From Ignavibacteriota bacterium (lineage in GTDB: Bacteria; Bacteroidota; Ignavibacteria; UBA10030): 64,000 nt of DNA. The stretch is from positions 96,001 to 160,000 of the forward strand of contig CAVSHO010000008.1 of assembly GCA_963727825.1 (NCBI GenBank). The letters are read 5' to 3'. The position numbers were made by a program, and so were the translations under genes. The notes beneath the pieces were generated by a model that was not told the DNA's origin, did no database searches, and saw only the letters and a program-made list of their open reading frames with translations. Positions 20,550 to 30,317 of this stretch are shown here, one piece after another. How positions within the stretch are numbered: position 1 is the first letter of the stretch; each line of letters opens with the position of its first letter.

Positions 20550-20766
20550 TCTCAGTTCTGGTGTCCCGTTGAATGGTATTCAACGGGATGAAAAGGGAAT
20601 TCCGTGATCCGCATTCGGTGGAAAGTCGGAAGCTGCCCCGCAACTGTAATTCCGATTCTGTTTTATACAGAATTATATTTTCGATTTAAAAAGTCACTGT
20701 GGCCCCCAAGGGGCCATGGGAAGGCAAGTTGAAAATCGGAAGAGCCAGGAGACCTGCCAGAACTAT
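20550..20766 (+). ncRNA. Cobalamin (AdoCbl-class) riboswitch
   Basis: P1 AGTTCTGG/CCAGAACT, AAAAGGGAA, GCCCCGCAACTGTAA, GTCACTG..GGGAAGG, B12 box AGCCAGGAGACCTGCC; upstream of a TonB receptor. Confidence 0.95.
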
Positions 20767-20818
20767 TTGCCTCAAGACCTTCGAGGGAAGGTGATTCACG
20801 CATTTTTTTAATGAGTGT

Positions 20819-20857
20819 GAAGCCCCAATCTTTAATGAAGGTTGGGGCTTTTTTTTA
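20819..20857 (+). terminator. Attenuator terminator (riboswitch expression platform)
   Basis: AAGCCCCAATCTT...AAGGTTGGGGCTT stem plus T8, between aptamer and start codon. Confidence 0.8.
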
Positions 20858-20886
20858 TTCACACAACAACAAGGAAGGATGTACTG

Positions 20887-22779
20887 ATGAAGCAACACTT
20901 ATACATAATTTTATATTGTCTGCCGTTTTTCGTAGCGCATGGTTTGCCAATTGCAAGTGACGAAGATTCAACGCGCACATACAACACACAGGAAATGGTC
21001 ATTACTGCAACGCGAAGCACTATTCAATCTCAGGATTCACCTTCACCAGTAACTATATTATCGACAGAAGATATTCAACGCACCAACGGCAGTTCTGTAG
21101 CTGATGTACTTCGATCATCTGAGAGTCTTTTTCTTAAGGATCAGGGACCAACTGCCTCGTTAAAAACACTTTCGTTTCGTGGAATGGGAGCAGAAGATAT
21201 TCTCGTTCTCCTGGATGGAACTCGAATTAATAATTTTCAGAATGGCCAAGTAGATTTCAGTCTCATTCCTATGACAGATATCGATCATATTGAAGTTGTA
21301 CGCGGCGGGAGTTCAGCTTTGTACGGAGCTGATGCTCTTGGCGGTATTATCAACATTATTACTCGCCGTCCTGTGGATACACTTCAAATGCATGCGGATA
21401 TTTCAGAGGGCTCTTTTGATTATCAACGATATACCTTCGAAACGCGCGGCCGCATCGACGGTCTTGGTTTAGTGTTTGGAGTAATGCATGATCAAGCACA
21501 CGACGACTATCCATTTAATCTTCAGCGCATCGGAATGGCTGATACGACCGAACGACGAACGAATTCTGATTTTACTCGCACACAATTGTATCTTAACTCA
21601 GATTATTCTTTTGACGAACAAGCAAATATGAATTTATCGATCCAGCGAGTAAAATCTAATCAAGGGGTTCCTGGTCCATTGCCGTCCTTGTACCCATTCC
21701 GGCAGGATGATGATGCGATCACAAGCGTTGTCGTATTTCACGATAATCATTTCAATGGAATTGTTTTCAGTCTGAATATGGGACTTACCTATGATCTTGA
21801 AATGGCATATTCTCAGACAAAAACAATTTTGGAGACAATCAATCCTCAATTCCAATGGATTGCTTCTTCGTGGGACCGCCTGATCATCGGTGCAGAATAT
21901 ACAGAAGGTCATTTGGAAGGGTTCTTCCCTGATGCAGTGATTAAACGGTTGCAGCGTTCGGCGTATGTTTCAAACGAGATGCTCTTTCAACGCGAGTCAC
22001 TTTATCTCGATCGTTTTTCCTTCTATCAATCTATACGATACGATGATCTCTCGGAAGGGACGAATGCAACTTCACCAAAGATTGGTCTTAATGTGCGCAT
22101 TCTTCGTGATTGGGATTCACGAATTCGAGTCAGTTATGGCAAAAATTTTCGTATGCCCACGTTTAACGATCTTTATTATCCTGCTCCTTATGGAAATCCA
22201 TTGTTGAAACCGGAGCATTCCGACTGCTATGATATTGGATTGGAAACAGCATTTGATCATTCGGGAATGCACCAGCTCAGCCTTACATATTTCACTATTG
22301 ACACAAAGGATCGGATATTGCTCAACGCTGCATACTTCCCCGAGAATGTTCCACAGGTTCAAAGTACGGGTATCGAAGGGCGATATGAATTTCGGCTCCC
22401 AAGTAATATACTGATGGCATTTGCAGATGTCACGTTTAATAATGCAATTCAGAAAAGTTCGGATTCTACAGATGGCAAACACTTGGTCAACAATCCTAAG
22501 GAGGTGTGTTCATTTGGAACTTCTCTTCGTATGTGGAGCTTGAATGTGAATATTACCGAGTCTTATACTTCGGAACGATTTACTGCAGAAGATGAATCTG
22601 CATGGTTACCGCATTATTGGCTTATGGATTTTAATCTTTCGACAGTATTTGCACTGCAACATATTCGAATTAATCTTCGAGCAGAAGTTAGCAATGTTTT
22701 TAACAATGATTACCAGATTCTTGAGGGCTATCCTATGCCAGGTCAATCCTTCCGGTTTACTGTTGGTATCGATTATTGA
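20887..22779 (+). CDS. btuB: BtuB-like TonB-dependent cobalamin receptor
   Basis: VITATR plug start, IEVVRGGSSALYGADALGGIINIIT, C-terminal FTVGIDY; under a B12 riboswitch. Confidence 0.85.
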   Translation: MKQHLYIILYCLPFFVAHGLPIASDEDSTRTYNTQEMVITATRSTIQSQDSPSPVTILSTEDIQRTNGSSVADVLRSSESLFLKDQGPTASLKTLSFRGMGAEDILVLLDGTRINNFQNGQVDFSLIPMTDIDHIEVVRGGSSALYGADALGGIINIITRRPVDTLQMHADISEGSFDYQRYTFETRGRIDGLGLVFGVMHDQAHDDYPFNLQRIGMADTTERRTNSDFTRTQLYLNSDYSFDEQANMNLSIQRVKSNQGVPGPLPSLYPFRQDDDAITSVVVFHDNHFNGIVFSLNMGLTYDLEMAYSQTKTILETINPQFQWIASSWDRLIIGAEYTEGHLEGFFPDAVIKRLQRSAYVSNEMLFQRESLYLDRFSFYQSIRYDDLSEGTNATSPKIGLNVRILRDWDSRIRVSYGKNFRMPTFNDLYYPAPYGNPLLKPEHSDCYDIGLETAFDHSGMHQLSLTYFTIDTKDRILLNAAYFPENVPQVQSTGIEGRYEFRLPSNILMAFADVTFNNAIQKSSDSTDGKHLVNNPKEVCSFGTSLRMWSLNVNITESYTSERFTAEDESAWLPHYWLMDFNLSTVFALQHIRINLRAEVSNVFNNDYQILEGYPMPGQSFRFTVGIDY

Positions 22780-22836
22780 TTTGGTTCAACAAAAAAATTC
22801 ATGTATTTTACTTCAGTTCATATTTATGGAGGATTT

Positions 22837-23358
22837 ATGCGTAACATTCTTATTGGTTCTACTCTTATTCTTATAGCGGCACTGTCTCGTCTTCTACCGC
22901 ATCCGGCTAACTTTACTCCAATTGCAGCGATGGCATTAGCTGGAGGAGTTTATTTTAATAAACGAATTGCTCTTATTGTTCCACTTGCCGCTCTTTTTAT
23001 TAGCGATCTATTTATTGGTTTCCACGATACAATTTTCTTTGTATATGGAAGTTTTATCTTGATTGGATTCATAGGGCTCTGGTTAAAATCGCATAAGAAA
23101 CCATTACCGATTTTTGGGGCAGCATTGTTAAGTTCAGCTCTGTTTTTTGTCGTTACAAACTTTGGTGTATGGCTTACAGGCGGAGGTTGGTTCTATCCCA
23201 AAACATGGCAAGGTTTAATTGAGTGCTATATGCTTGCAATTCCATTCTTCCGAAATACGATTGCTGGAGATTTAATTTACACTGCTGTTTTGTTTGGTTT
23301 GTTTGAATTATCTCAATATGCTTTACAATTATTAGAGAAGAAAACTGCCCAAATATAG
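22837..23358 (+). CDS. Small polytopic membrane protein (DUF6580-like), putative cobalamin transporter component
   Basis: SRLLPHPANFTPIAAMAL, FFVVTNFGVW, CY..AIPFFRN; multiple TM segments; GGAGG RBS; follows btuB. Confidence 0.7.
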   Translation: MRNILIGSTLILIAALSRLLPHPANFTPIAAMALAGGVYFNKRIALIVPLAALFISDLFIGFHDTIFFVYGSFILIGFIGLWLKSHKKPLPIFGAALLSSALFFVVTNFGVWLTGGGWFYPKTWQGLIECYMLAIPFFRNTIAGDLIYTAVLFGLFELSQYALQLLEKKTAQI

Positions 23359-23385
23359 TAAAAAAACAAATCGTTAAGATATATG

Positions 23386-23429
23386 AACGTCAGGTTAGCC
23401 CCATAGATGCTGATCTGGCGTTCTTTTTT
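23386..23429 (+). terminator. Intrinsic terminator after the B12 operon
   Basis: GAACGTCAGGTTAGC...GCTGATCTGGCGTTC stem plus T6. Confidence 0.7.
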
Positions 23430-23699
23430 ATAGATCAGTTAATGTCCGTAATTGTCCAATTTTGATTGCATTCCCTTGTTATTTAGGACTTGTTTTCACT
23501 TTTTCTAATGTAGCTTTTTATAGAAAAAGGTTTATATTGAACACCACAAAACTATAACGTAATTACGTCTCCGAAAATAGAATTTGTGTTGCGATTCTCC
23601 ATTCATAGTTTCCAGCAAAATCACATTCGCATAAGACCGCCCTTTGTAAGCATTTTTGTGGAGACAAATCACAGCAATGATTGAGGTAGAAAGGAAGTC

Positions 23700-25040
23700 A
23701 TGTCTGATTATATCAACAAAGTAATAGCACAAGTTAAAGCGAAAAACTCCAATGAGCCGGAGTTTCATCAAGCAGTGGAAGAAGTATGTGAATCTTTAGA
23801 GCCGGTTTTCGCACGTCATTCGGAATATCAAGCGGCACGAATCCTTGAGCGTATGGTCGAGCCGGAACGCACCATTATCTTTCGTGTTCCATGGATGGAC
23901 GATCAAGGGGATATTCATATCAACCGTGGATTTCGCGTGCAGATGAACAGTGCAATCGGTCCATACAAAGGTGGATTGCGTTTCCATCCATCTGTGACGC
24001 TAAGCATCTTGAAGTTCCTTGCATTTGAGCAAGTATTCAAGAATAGTCTTACCACACTGCCGATGGGTGGAGGTAAAGGAGGCTCAGATTTCAATCCTAA
24101 AGGAAAAACCGATAATGAAGTTATGCGTTTCTGCCAAAGTTTCATGACGGAATTATACCGTCATATTGGTGCGGATATAGATGTGCCTGCCGGCGATATT
24201 GGAGTGGGCGGGAGGGAAATCGGATTTTTGTTCGGACAATATAAACGACTCACGAAGGAATTTAACGGTGTGTTGACCGGCAAAGGATTGAACTGGGGCG
24301 GCTCGCTTATCCGGCCTGAAGCAACAGGATTTGGAGTCGTTTATTTTGCGGAAGAAATGTTGAAGACCAAAGATATGAGCATTGCAGGAAAAACGGTTGC
24401 AGTTTCCGGCTTTGGTAATGTCGCTTGGGGCGCAGTTACAAAAGCGAGCCAATTAGGCGGTAAGGTGGTGACGCTTTCCGGTCCGGATGGATTTGTATAC
24501 GATCCGGACGGCATCAAAGGCGAGAAGATAGATTATATGCTTGAATTGCGGTCGAGCGCAAAGGACGAAATAAAATCTTACGCAGATAAATTCAAAGTAC
24601 AATTCTTCGCAGGTAAGCGGCCGTGGGGTTTGAAGGTTGATGTTGCAATCCCTTGCGCAACTCAGAATGAATTAGATGAGAATGATGCGAAAGAACTTGT
24701 AAAGAATGGTTGTGTCTGCGTATGCGAAGGGGCGAATATGCCAACGACCATGGAGGGCTTCAAAGTGTTTCATTCGTCTGGAATATTGTTTTCTCCAGGT
24801 AAAGCGTCCAATGCCGGCGGTGTTGCGACCTCAGGATTGGAGATGAGCCAGAACAGCATGCGCTTACCATGGCCGAAAGAAGAGGTTGACACCCGGCTGC
24901 ATCAAATTATGAAAAGTATTCATGCTACTTGTGTACAGACAGCAGAACGTTTTGGTGAACCGGGGAACTATGTAATAGGTGCAAACATTGCCGGCTTTCT
25001 GAAAGTCGCCAACGCGATGCTCGAACAGGGCTTGGTATAA
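23700..25040 (+). CDS. gdhA: NADP-specific glutamate dehydrogenase
   Basis: GPYKGGLRFHP, LPMGGGKGG, DVPAGDIG, RPEATG, SGFGNV, EGANMP. Confidence 0.96.
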   Translation: MSDYINKVIAQVKAKNSNEPEFHQAVEEVCESLEPVFARHSEYQAARILERMVEPERTIIFRVPWMDDQGDIHINRGFRVQMNSAIGPYKGGLRFHPSVTLSILKFLAFEQVFKNSLTTLPMGGGKGGSDFNPKGKTDNEVMRFCQSFMTELYRHIGADIDVPAGDIGVGGREIGFLFGQYKRLTKEFNGVLTGKGLNWGGSLIRPEATGFGVVYFAEEMLKTKDMSIAGKTVAVSGFGNVAWGAVTKASQLGGKVVTLSGPDGFVYDPDGIKGEKIDYMLELRSSAKDEIKSYADKFKVQFFAGKRPWGLKVDVAIPCATQNELDENDAKELVKNGCVCVCEGANMPTTMEGFKVFHSSGILFSPGKASNAGGVATSGLEMSQNSMRLPWPKEEVDTRLHQIMKSIHATCVQTAERFGEPGNYVIGANIAGFLKVANAMLEQGLV

Positions 25041-25157
25041 CAGAAAGATGTTTAATATTCTATATGTTAAGACAACTGGCGCCCTTATCTTTGATTGCAT
25101 GAATTACAGTGCAATGATGAAGTCGCCATTGTTTTTTTATTTTTGAGTGAATAAAGA

Positions 25158-28142
25158 ATGAATCGTATAAAGCAATTATCAACAGAAGATATTTATGGAG
25201 GTCGCATCAAGTCGTTTCAAAAGTTGATGCGTTTTAAGGTAAGAGATATTCTGCTCGTCGCCAGTCTCTATGACCAATATCTTTTTGAAGAAGACGGCAG
25301 ATTGTATGAATTGATTCGGCAGGAATTTCAGGTTCTCAATCTAAGCCATCCGCCAGAGATCACACATGTGACAAGCGGAGAGGAGGCGATTGAACTTCTC
25401 ACTTCCGGTGAGAATTTTGATCTCGTTATTACAACATTACACATTGAAGATATGCCGGTTATTCGGTTTGCGCAGGAAGTTCGGCAAACAGGCCTCGATA
25501 TTCCAATGATACTGCTGGCGTATGATAATCGTGAGAAAAAGGAAATCATCTCCAACTTCGATACATCTGTATTCGACCGCATCTTCATCTGGCATGGGGA
25601 TTACCGTTTGCTTATTGCGATGATTAAGTATGTTGAGGACAAACTCAATGTTCAAAGCGATACCGCAACGGTCGGAGTACAGGTCATTATTCTTGTAGAA
25701 GACGACATTAGTTTCTATTCTTCCTATCTGCCACTCCTCTACACACAAATTCTTAACCAGTCACAGCGGCTTATTTCAGAAGGTATTAATCTTACACATA
25801 GATTTCTAAGAATGCGTGCGCGGCCGAAGATATTGCTATGCTCGACGTATGAAGAAGCATGGTCATGCTTCGAAAAGTATGAAGAGTATGTGCTCGGCGT
25901 TATTTCGGATATCGACTTTCTTCACAATGGCGAAAAAGATCCAAATGCCGGGTTTACGTTCGCTGAATCGGTGCGGAAGAGAAAAGATGACATTCCCATT
26001 CTTCTGCAGTCGGGTGATACGCAAGCGGCAGCGAAAGCGTCTGAACTTGGCGCGGGGTTTTTACAAAAAGGTTCACCGACATTATTGCATGATCTTACAG
26101 ATTTTGTAATGACGCATTTTGGATTTGGGGATTTTATTTTTCGCACTCCAGACGGAATGGAAGTTGGAAGAGCCGTAAACTTAAAACAATTCGAAGAGCA
26201 GCTTCAAACAGTTCCCGATGAATGTATTCAATTCCATGCAAGGCGGAATCATTTCTCGAATTGGCTTAAGGCGAGGACTGAATTTTGGTTAGCACATAAA
26301 CTTCGCCCACAAAAAGTGGAGGACTTCGCAACTATTAAGGAACTACGGGATGATTTGATTGGTGCTCTGCGATTGTATCAAGAGACCCGCCAACGCGGCA
26401 TCATTACGGAATTTTCCAGAGAATCATTCGATCCTTTGAATAGTTTTGCACGCATTGGTACGGGGTCGGTCGGCGGCAAAGCACGCGGGTTAGGATTCGT
26501 TAATACTCTTATCAATGACTACAATTTGCGCGATAGATTTGAAGGTGTGGAAATATCAGTTCCTTCGGCGGTTGTCGTTGCCACAGATGTCTTTGATAAA
26601 TTCATTCGAGAGAACAAGCTAGATAGAGTTGTTCTTGAAGCAAAGAACGATGAAGAACTTCTTCAGAGGTTTGTCGATGCACCTTACTTCCCACCTGATG
26701 TGGTTTTCAAACTGATAGATTTTCTTAATGTGTCACAAGAGCCGCTTGCTGTGCGCTCATCGAGTTTATTGGAAGACTCGCAATATCAACCGTTTGCAGG
26801 TGTGTACCAGACTTACATGATTCCGAATAATAATTCCGATCCGGAAATCCGGCTGAAAGAATTGTTGGAAAGCATTAAACTTGTCTACGCATCAACCTTT
26901 TCAAAAAAAGCAAAAGATTATATGAAGGCGACACCGTACCGCTTGGAAGAAGAAAAGATGGCAGTCATCATCCAGCGAATGGTCGGAACGTCGCATCACA
27001 ATAGATTTTATCCGGAGTTTGCCGGTGTGGCAAAGTCATATAATTTCTATCCTGTGCCGCCACAAAAGTCTGAAGATGGAATTGTGCAGGTGGCTTTAGG
27101 ATTAGGATTCACGGTGGTAGAGGGGCGCAACTCCGTGCGTTTTTGTCCTAAGTTCCCGCGCCATTTATTGCAGTTCTTTTCAACGAAAGAAACCATTCGC
27201 AATGCCCAACAAGGGTATCTTGCGCTCGATCTAACATCAACATTCAGTCATGAAAATCATGAAACACCGGACGTAATGATAAAGTATTATGATCTAAGCA
27301 CAGCAGAAGAAGATAATACACTCTATTATGTCGGTTCCACGTACTCGCCCGAAGATGATTCGGTGTACGATGGCGTATCACGCACGGGCAAGCGTGTGGT
27401 GACGTTTGCTCCGGTGCTAAAGCATAAAATATTCCCATTGCCTGAAATTTTAGATTTGATTCTTGATATGGGAACTTGGGGAATGGGTACGCATGTCGAA
27501 ATAGAGTTTGCCGTCAATATGAACACGCCGACTGGTATGCCAAAAGAATTTGCAATGCTCCAGATCCGTCCATTAGTGATGAGTCTTGAATTTGAAGAGC
27601 TTGATGTCGATCAATTCATTCGTGAAAATCTTATTTGTCAAAGCGAACAAGTGCTTGGCAACGGTGCCATACAAGATATTTATGATGTTGTGATCGTGGA
27701 TGCAGAACGGTTTGAGAGATCAAAAAGCAAAGAGACTGCTCGAGAAGTCAGCGAGATTAATGCACGGCTGCTTGCGGAGAATAGACCATACGTGCTGATT
27801 GGTATGGGAAGATGGGGGAGTATGGATCCGTGGCTTGGTATTCCGGTTACATGGGATCAAATTTCTGGCGCGGCGGTAATTGTTGAATCAGGTTTCAAAG
27901 ACATCGATGTGACGCCATCGCAAGGGTCACATTTCTTTCAAAACATTACATCATTTCGTGTCGGTTACTTCACTGTGGACGCTGCGCACCGCCTTGGTTT
28001 TATTGATTGGGAATGGCTGAAATCTCAACCCGCATTAAAGGAGTTGAAATATATCCGCCATCTTCGGTTTGAAAAATCTATCATTGCAAAAATTAATGGT
28101 CGAAAGAATAAAGGCGTGATAGTAAAACCGGGTAAGAAATGA
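25158..28142 (+). CDS. Receiver-like domains fused to a PEP-synthase/PPDK N-terminal ATP-grasp domain
   Basis: IILVEDD receiver; GSVGGKARGL, PLAVRSSSLLEDS, FAGVY, MAVIIQ, EIEFA, LQIRP; no phospho-His swivel motif (GGxTSHAA) seen. Confidence 0.85.
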   Translation: MNRIKQLSTEDIYGGRIKSFQKLMRFKVRDILLVASLYDQYLFEEDGRLYELIRQEFQVLNLSHPPEITHVTSGEEAIELLTSGENFDLVITTLHIEDMPVIRFAQEVRQTGLDIPMILLAYDNREKKEIISNFDTSVFDRIFIWHGDYRLLIAMIKYVEDKLNVQSDTATVGVQVIILVEDDISFYSSYLPLLYTQILNQSQRLISEGINLTHRFLRMRARPKILLCSTYEEAWSCFEKYEEYVLGVISDIDFLHNGEKDPNAGFTFAESVRKRKDDIPILLQSGDTQAAAKASELGAGFLQKGSPTLLHDLTDFVMTHFGFGDFIFRTPDGMEVGRAVNLKQFEEQLQTVPDECIQFHARRNHFSNWLKARTEFWLAHKLRPQKVEDFATIKELRDDLIGALRLYQETRQRGIITEFSRESFDPLNSFARIGTGSVGGKARGLGFVNTLINDYNLRDRFEGVEISVPSAVVVATDVFDKFIRENKLDRVVLEAKNDEELLQRFVDAPYFPPDVVFKLIDFLNVSQEPLAVRSSSLLEDSQYQPFAGVYQTYMIPNNNSDPEIRLKELLESIKLVYASTFSKKAKDYMKATPYRLEEEKMAVIIQRMVGTSHHNRFYPEFAGVAKSYNFYPVPPQKSEDGIVQVALGLGFTVVEGRNSVRFCPKFPRHLLQFFSTKETIRNAQQGYLALDLTSTFSHENHETPDVMIKYYDLSTAEEDNTLYYVGSTYSPEDDSVYDGVSRTGKRVVTFAPVLKHKIFPLPEILDLILDMGTWGMGTHVEIEFAVNMNTPTGMPKEFAMLQIRPLVMSLEFEELDVDQFIRENLICQSEQVLGNGAIQDIYDVVIVDAERFERSKSKETAREVSEINARLLAENRPYVLIGMGRWGSMDPWLGIPVTWDQISGAAVIVESGFKDIDVTPSQGSHFFQNITSFRVGYFTVDAAHRLGFIDWEWLKSQPALKELKYIRHLRFEKSIIAKINGRKNKGVIVKPGKK

Positions 28143-28216
28143 TAAATGATAACTGGAAAGTAAAAGTATTAAATGAATCAGCTGCTTAAGTAAAATTTCA
28201 AATCTACGGAGTCTTT

Positions 28217-30241
28217 ATGAAATTCTCATTAACCTTCCTTGTTGCATTTCTTTTTACAATTTTAGCCTATGCACAACCCAAGCGAGCCATCACATTCGAT
28301 GATCTTATAAGCTTCGGACGCGTCTCCGATCCTCAGATATCTCCGGATGGGAAAACCGTCGCGTTCGTTGTTACCTGGCAGTTGAAGGAGGAAAATAAAT
28401 CTACCAGCAACATTTATTTAGTTAGTGTCACTGGTGGCGACGCCCGACAGCTTACTAATGCCAAAGACGGAAACAATTCTCCGCGCTGGATGCCAGATGG
28501 GAAAACCATTGCCTTTATTTCAACACGCGATGGTGGATCACAAATATGGACAATTCCTGTCAACGGTGGAGAAGCAAAGAAAGTATCACATATAGCAACT
28601 GAAGTGTCCGGACTTATCGTTTCTCCAGATGGGAAATGGTTTGCGTTTTCTTCGGATGTTTATCCTAATTGTTTGGATGAAGATTGTAACGCGAAGCGGC
28701 TTGAAGCTGTTGAGAAGAGCAAGGTGAAAGCGAAAATACTTACCACTTTACCGTATCGAGTTTGGAATTCATGGAAAGACGGCAAGCGCAGCCATTTATT
28801 TGTCATGCCAGCTAATGGTGGCAAATCAACTGACGTGACACCTGGAGAATTCGATACGCCGCCTATCGATCTTGGCGGCAACTGGGATTATGCTTTCTCA
28901 CCAGACAGCAAAGAAATCGCATTCACAAGAAATCCAGACACACTTATTGCTGTAAGTACAAACAACGAAATTTATATTGTTCCGGTGACTGGTGGAACGC
29001 CAAAGAACATTTCAAATAATCCCGCCAACGATAGTCAGCCGTTATATTCGCCTGATGGTAAATATATTGCGTATCGAATGATGAGACGGGCAGGATTTGA
29101 AGCAGATCGTCGCGAGCTTGTTCTTTTTGAACGTGCGTCAGGAAAGCTCATCAATCTTACTGGAAAGTTTGATTACAGTATCAACAATGTCATCTGGTCA
29201 CCGGATTCGAAATCGCTTTTCTTCAACGCTGATGACAAAGGCAGTGTTTCGATTTTTAGGGTGACAGTGAATGACAAAAATGTAACAACGATTCTTGATA
29301 ACGGTCTAAATGCCTCATTGCAATTAACGCCCGATGGTAAGACATTGGTCATTGCGGAAGAAAATGTTAAAACACCAACAGAACTTTTTAAAATGGATTC
29401 CGATGGCAAGGGCTTGAAGCAGATCACTTTTATCAACTCAGAAAAGATTTCCCAATTGGAGATGAATTCATTGGAGAATTTCTGGTTTGATGGAGCCGCG
29501 AAAACACGTGTACAGGGATTCTTATTAAAGCCGCCATTTTTCTCTGCTAAAAACAAATATCCGCTAATCTTTCTCGTCCATGGCGGACCGCAAGGGCAAT
29601 GGGGTGATGAGTTCCATTATCGGTGGAATGCTCAGATGTTTGCATCGCGCGGGTATATTGTGATAATGATTAATCCGCGCGGCAGTACTGGCTACGGACA
29701 GAAATTTACAGATGAGATTAGCAAAGACTGGGGAGGTAAAGTATACGAGGATTTAATGAAGGGATTGGATTATGTGCTGAAAAATTATTCATTCATAGAT
29801 AGCAATCGAATGGCAGCAGCTGGCGCTTCGTACGGCGGTTATATGATGAATTGGATTCTTGGACATACGGATCGCTTTAAGTGTATTGTTTCACATGATG
29901 GTGTTTTCAATCTGGCAAGTGCATACGGAACGACAGAGGAGCTTTGGTTCGACGAGTGGGAATTTGGCGGAACGCCATACGCGAATCCGGAGTTGTACAA
30001 GAAGTGGTCACCAATGGAATTTGCGCAGAATTTTAAGACACCGACACTCGTTATTCATGGTCAGCAGGATTTTCGACTTGATGTCAGCGAGGGATTCCAA
30101 TTGTTTACAGCACTCCAGCGGCAAGGAGTGAAATCGAAGATGCTGTATTTCCCGGATGAATTTCACTTTGTCATAAAACCGCAAAATGCCGAGTTGTGGT
30201 ATAAAACAGTGTTAGATTGGATCGATGAAAATACAAAGTGA
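28217..30241 (+). CDS. Secreted S9-family peptidase with PD40 beta-propeller
   Basis: SPDGK repeats, VHGGP, GASYGG nucleophile, D and FPDEFH triad residues. Confidence 0.93.
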   Translation: MKFSLTFLVAFLFTILAYAQPKRAITFDDLISFGRVSDPQISPDGKTVAFVVTWQLKEENKSTSNIYLVSVTGGDARQLTNAKDGNNSPRWMPDGKTIAFISTRDGGSQIWTIPVNGGEAKKVSHIATEVSGLIVSPDGKWFAFSSDVYPNCLDEDCNAKRLEAVEKSKVKAKILTTLPYRVWNSWKDGKRSHLFVMPANGGKSTDVTPGEFDTPPIDLGGNWDYAFSPDSKEIAFTRNPDTLIAVSTNNEIYIVPVTGGTPKNISNNPANDSQPLYSPDGKYIAYRMMRRAGFEADRRELVLFERASGKLINLTGKFDYSINNVIWSPDSKSLFFNADDKGSVSIFRVTVNDKNVTTILDNGLNASLQLTPDGKTLVIAEENVKTPTELFKMDSDGKGLKQITFINSEKISQLEMNSLENFWFDGAAKTRVQGFLLKPPFFSAKNKYPLIFLVHGGPQGQWGDEFHYRWNAQMFASRGYIVIMINPRGSTGYGQKFTDEISKDWGGKVYEDLMKGLDYVLKNYSFIDSNRMAAAGASYGGYMMNWILGHTDRFKCIVSHDGVFNLASAYGTTEELWFDEWEFGGTPYANPELYKKWSPMEFAQNFKTPTLVIHGQQDFRLDVSEGFQLFTALQRQGVKSKMLYFPDEFHFVIKPQNAELWYKTVLDWIDENTK

Positions 30242-30317
30242 AAAACAAGTAAATAGGAAGTATTTTAAGCGGCTGGTTACGAATACCGGTTTACCAATAA
30301 AAATGGAGGAATTTGCA

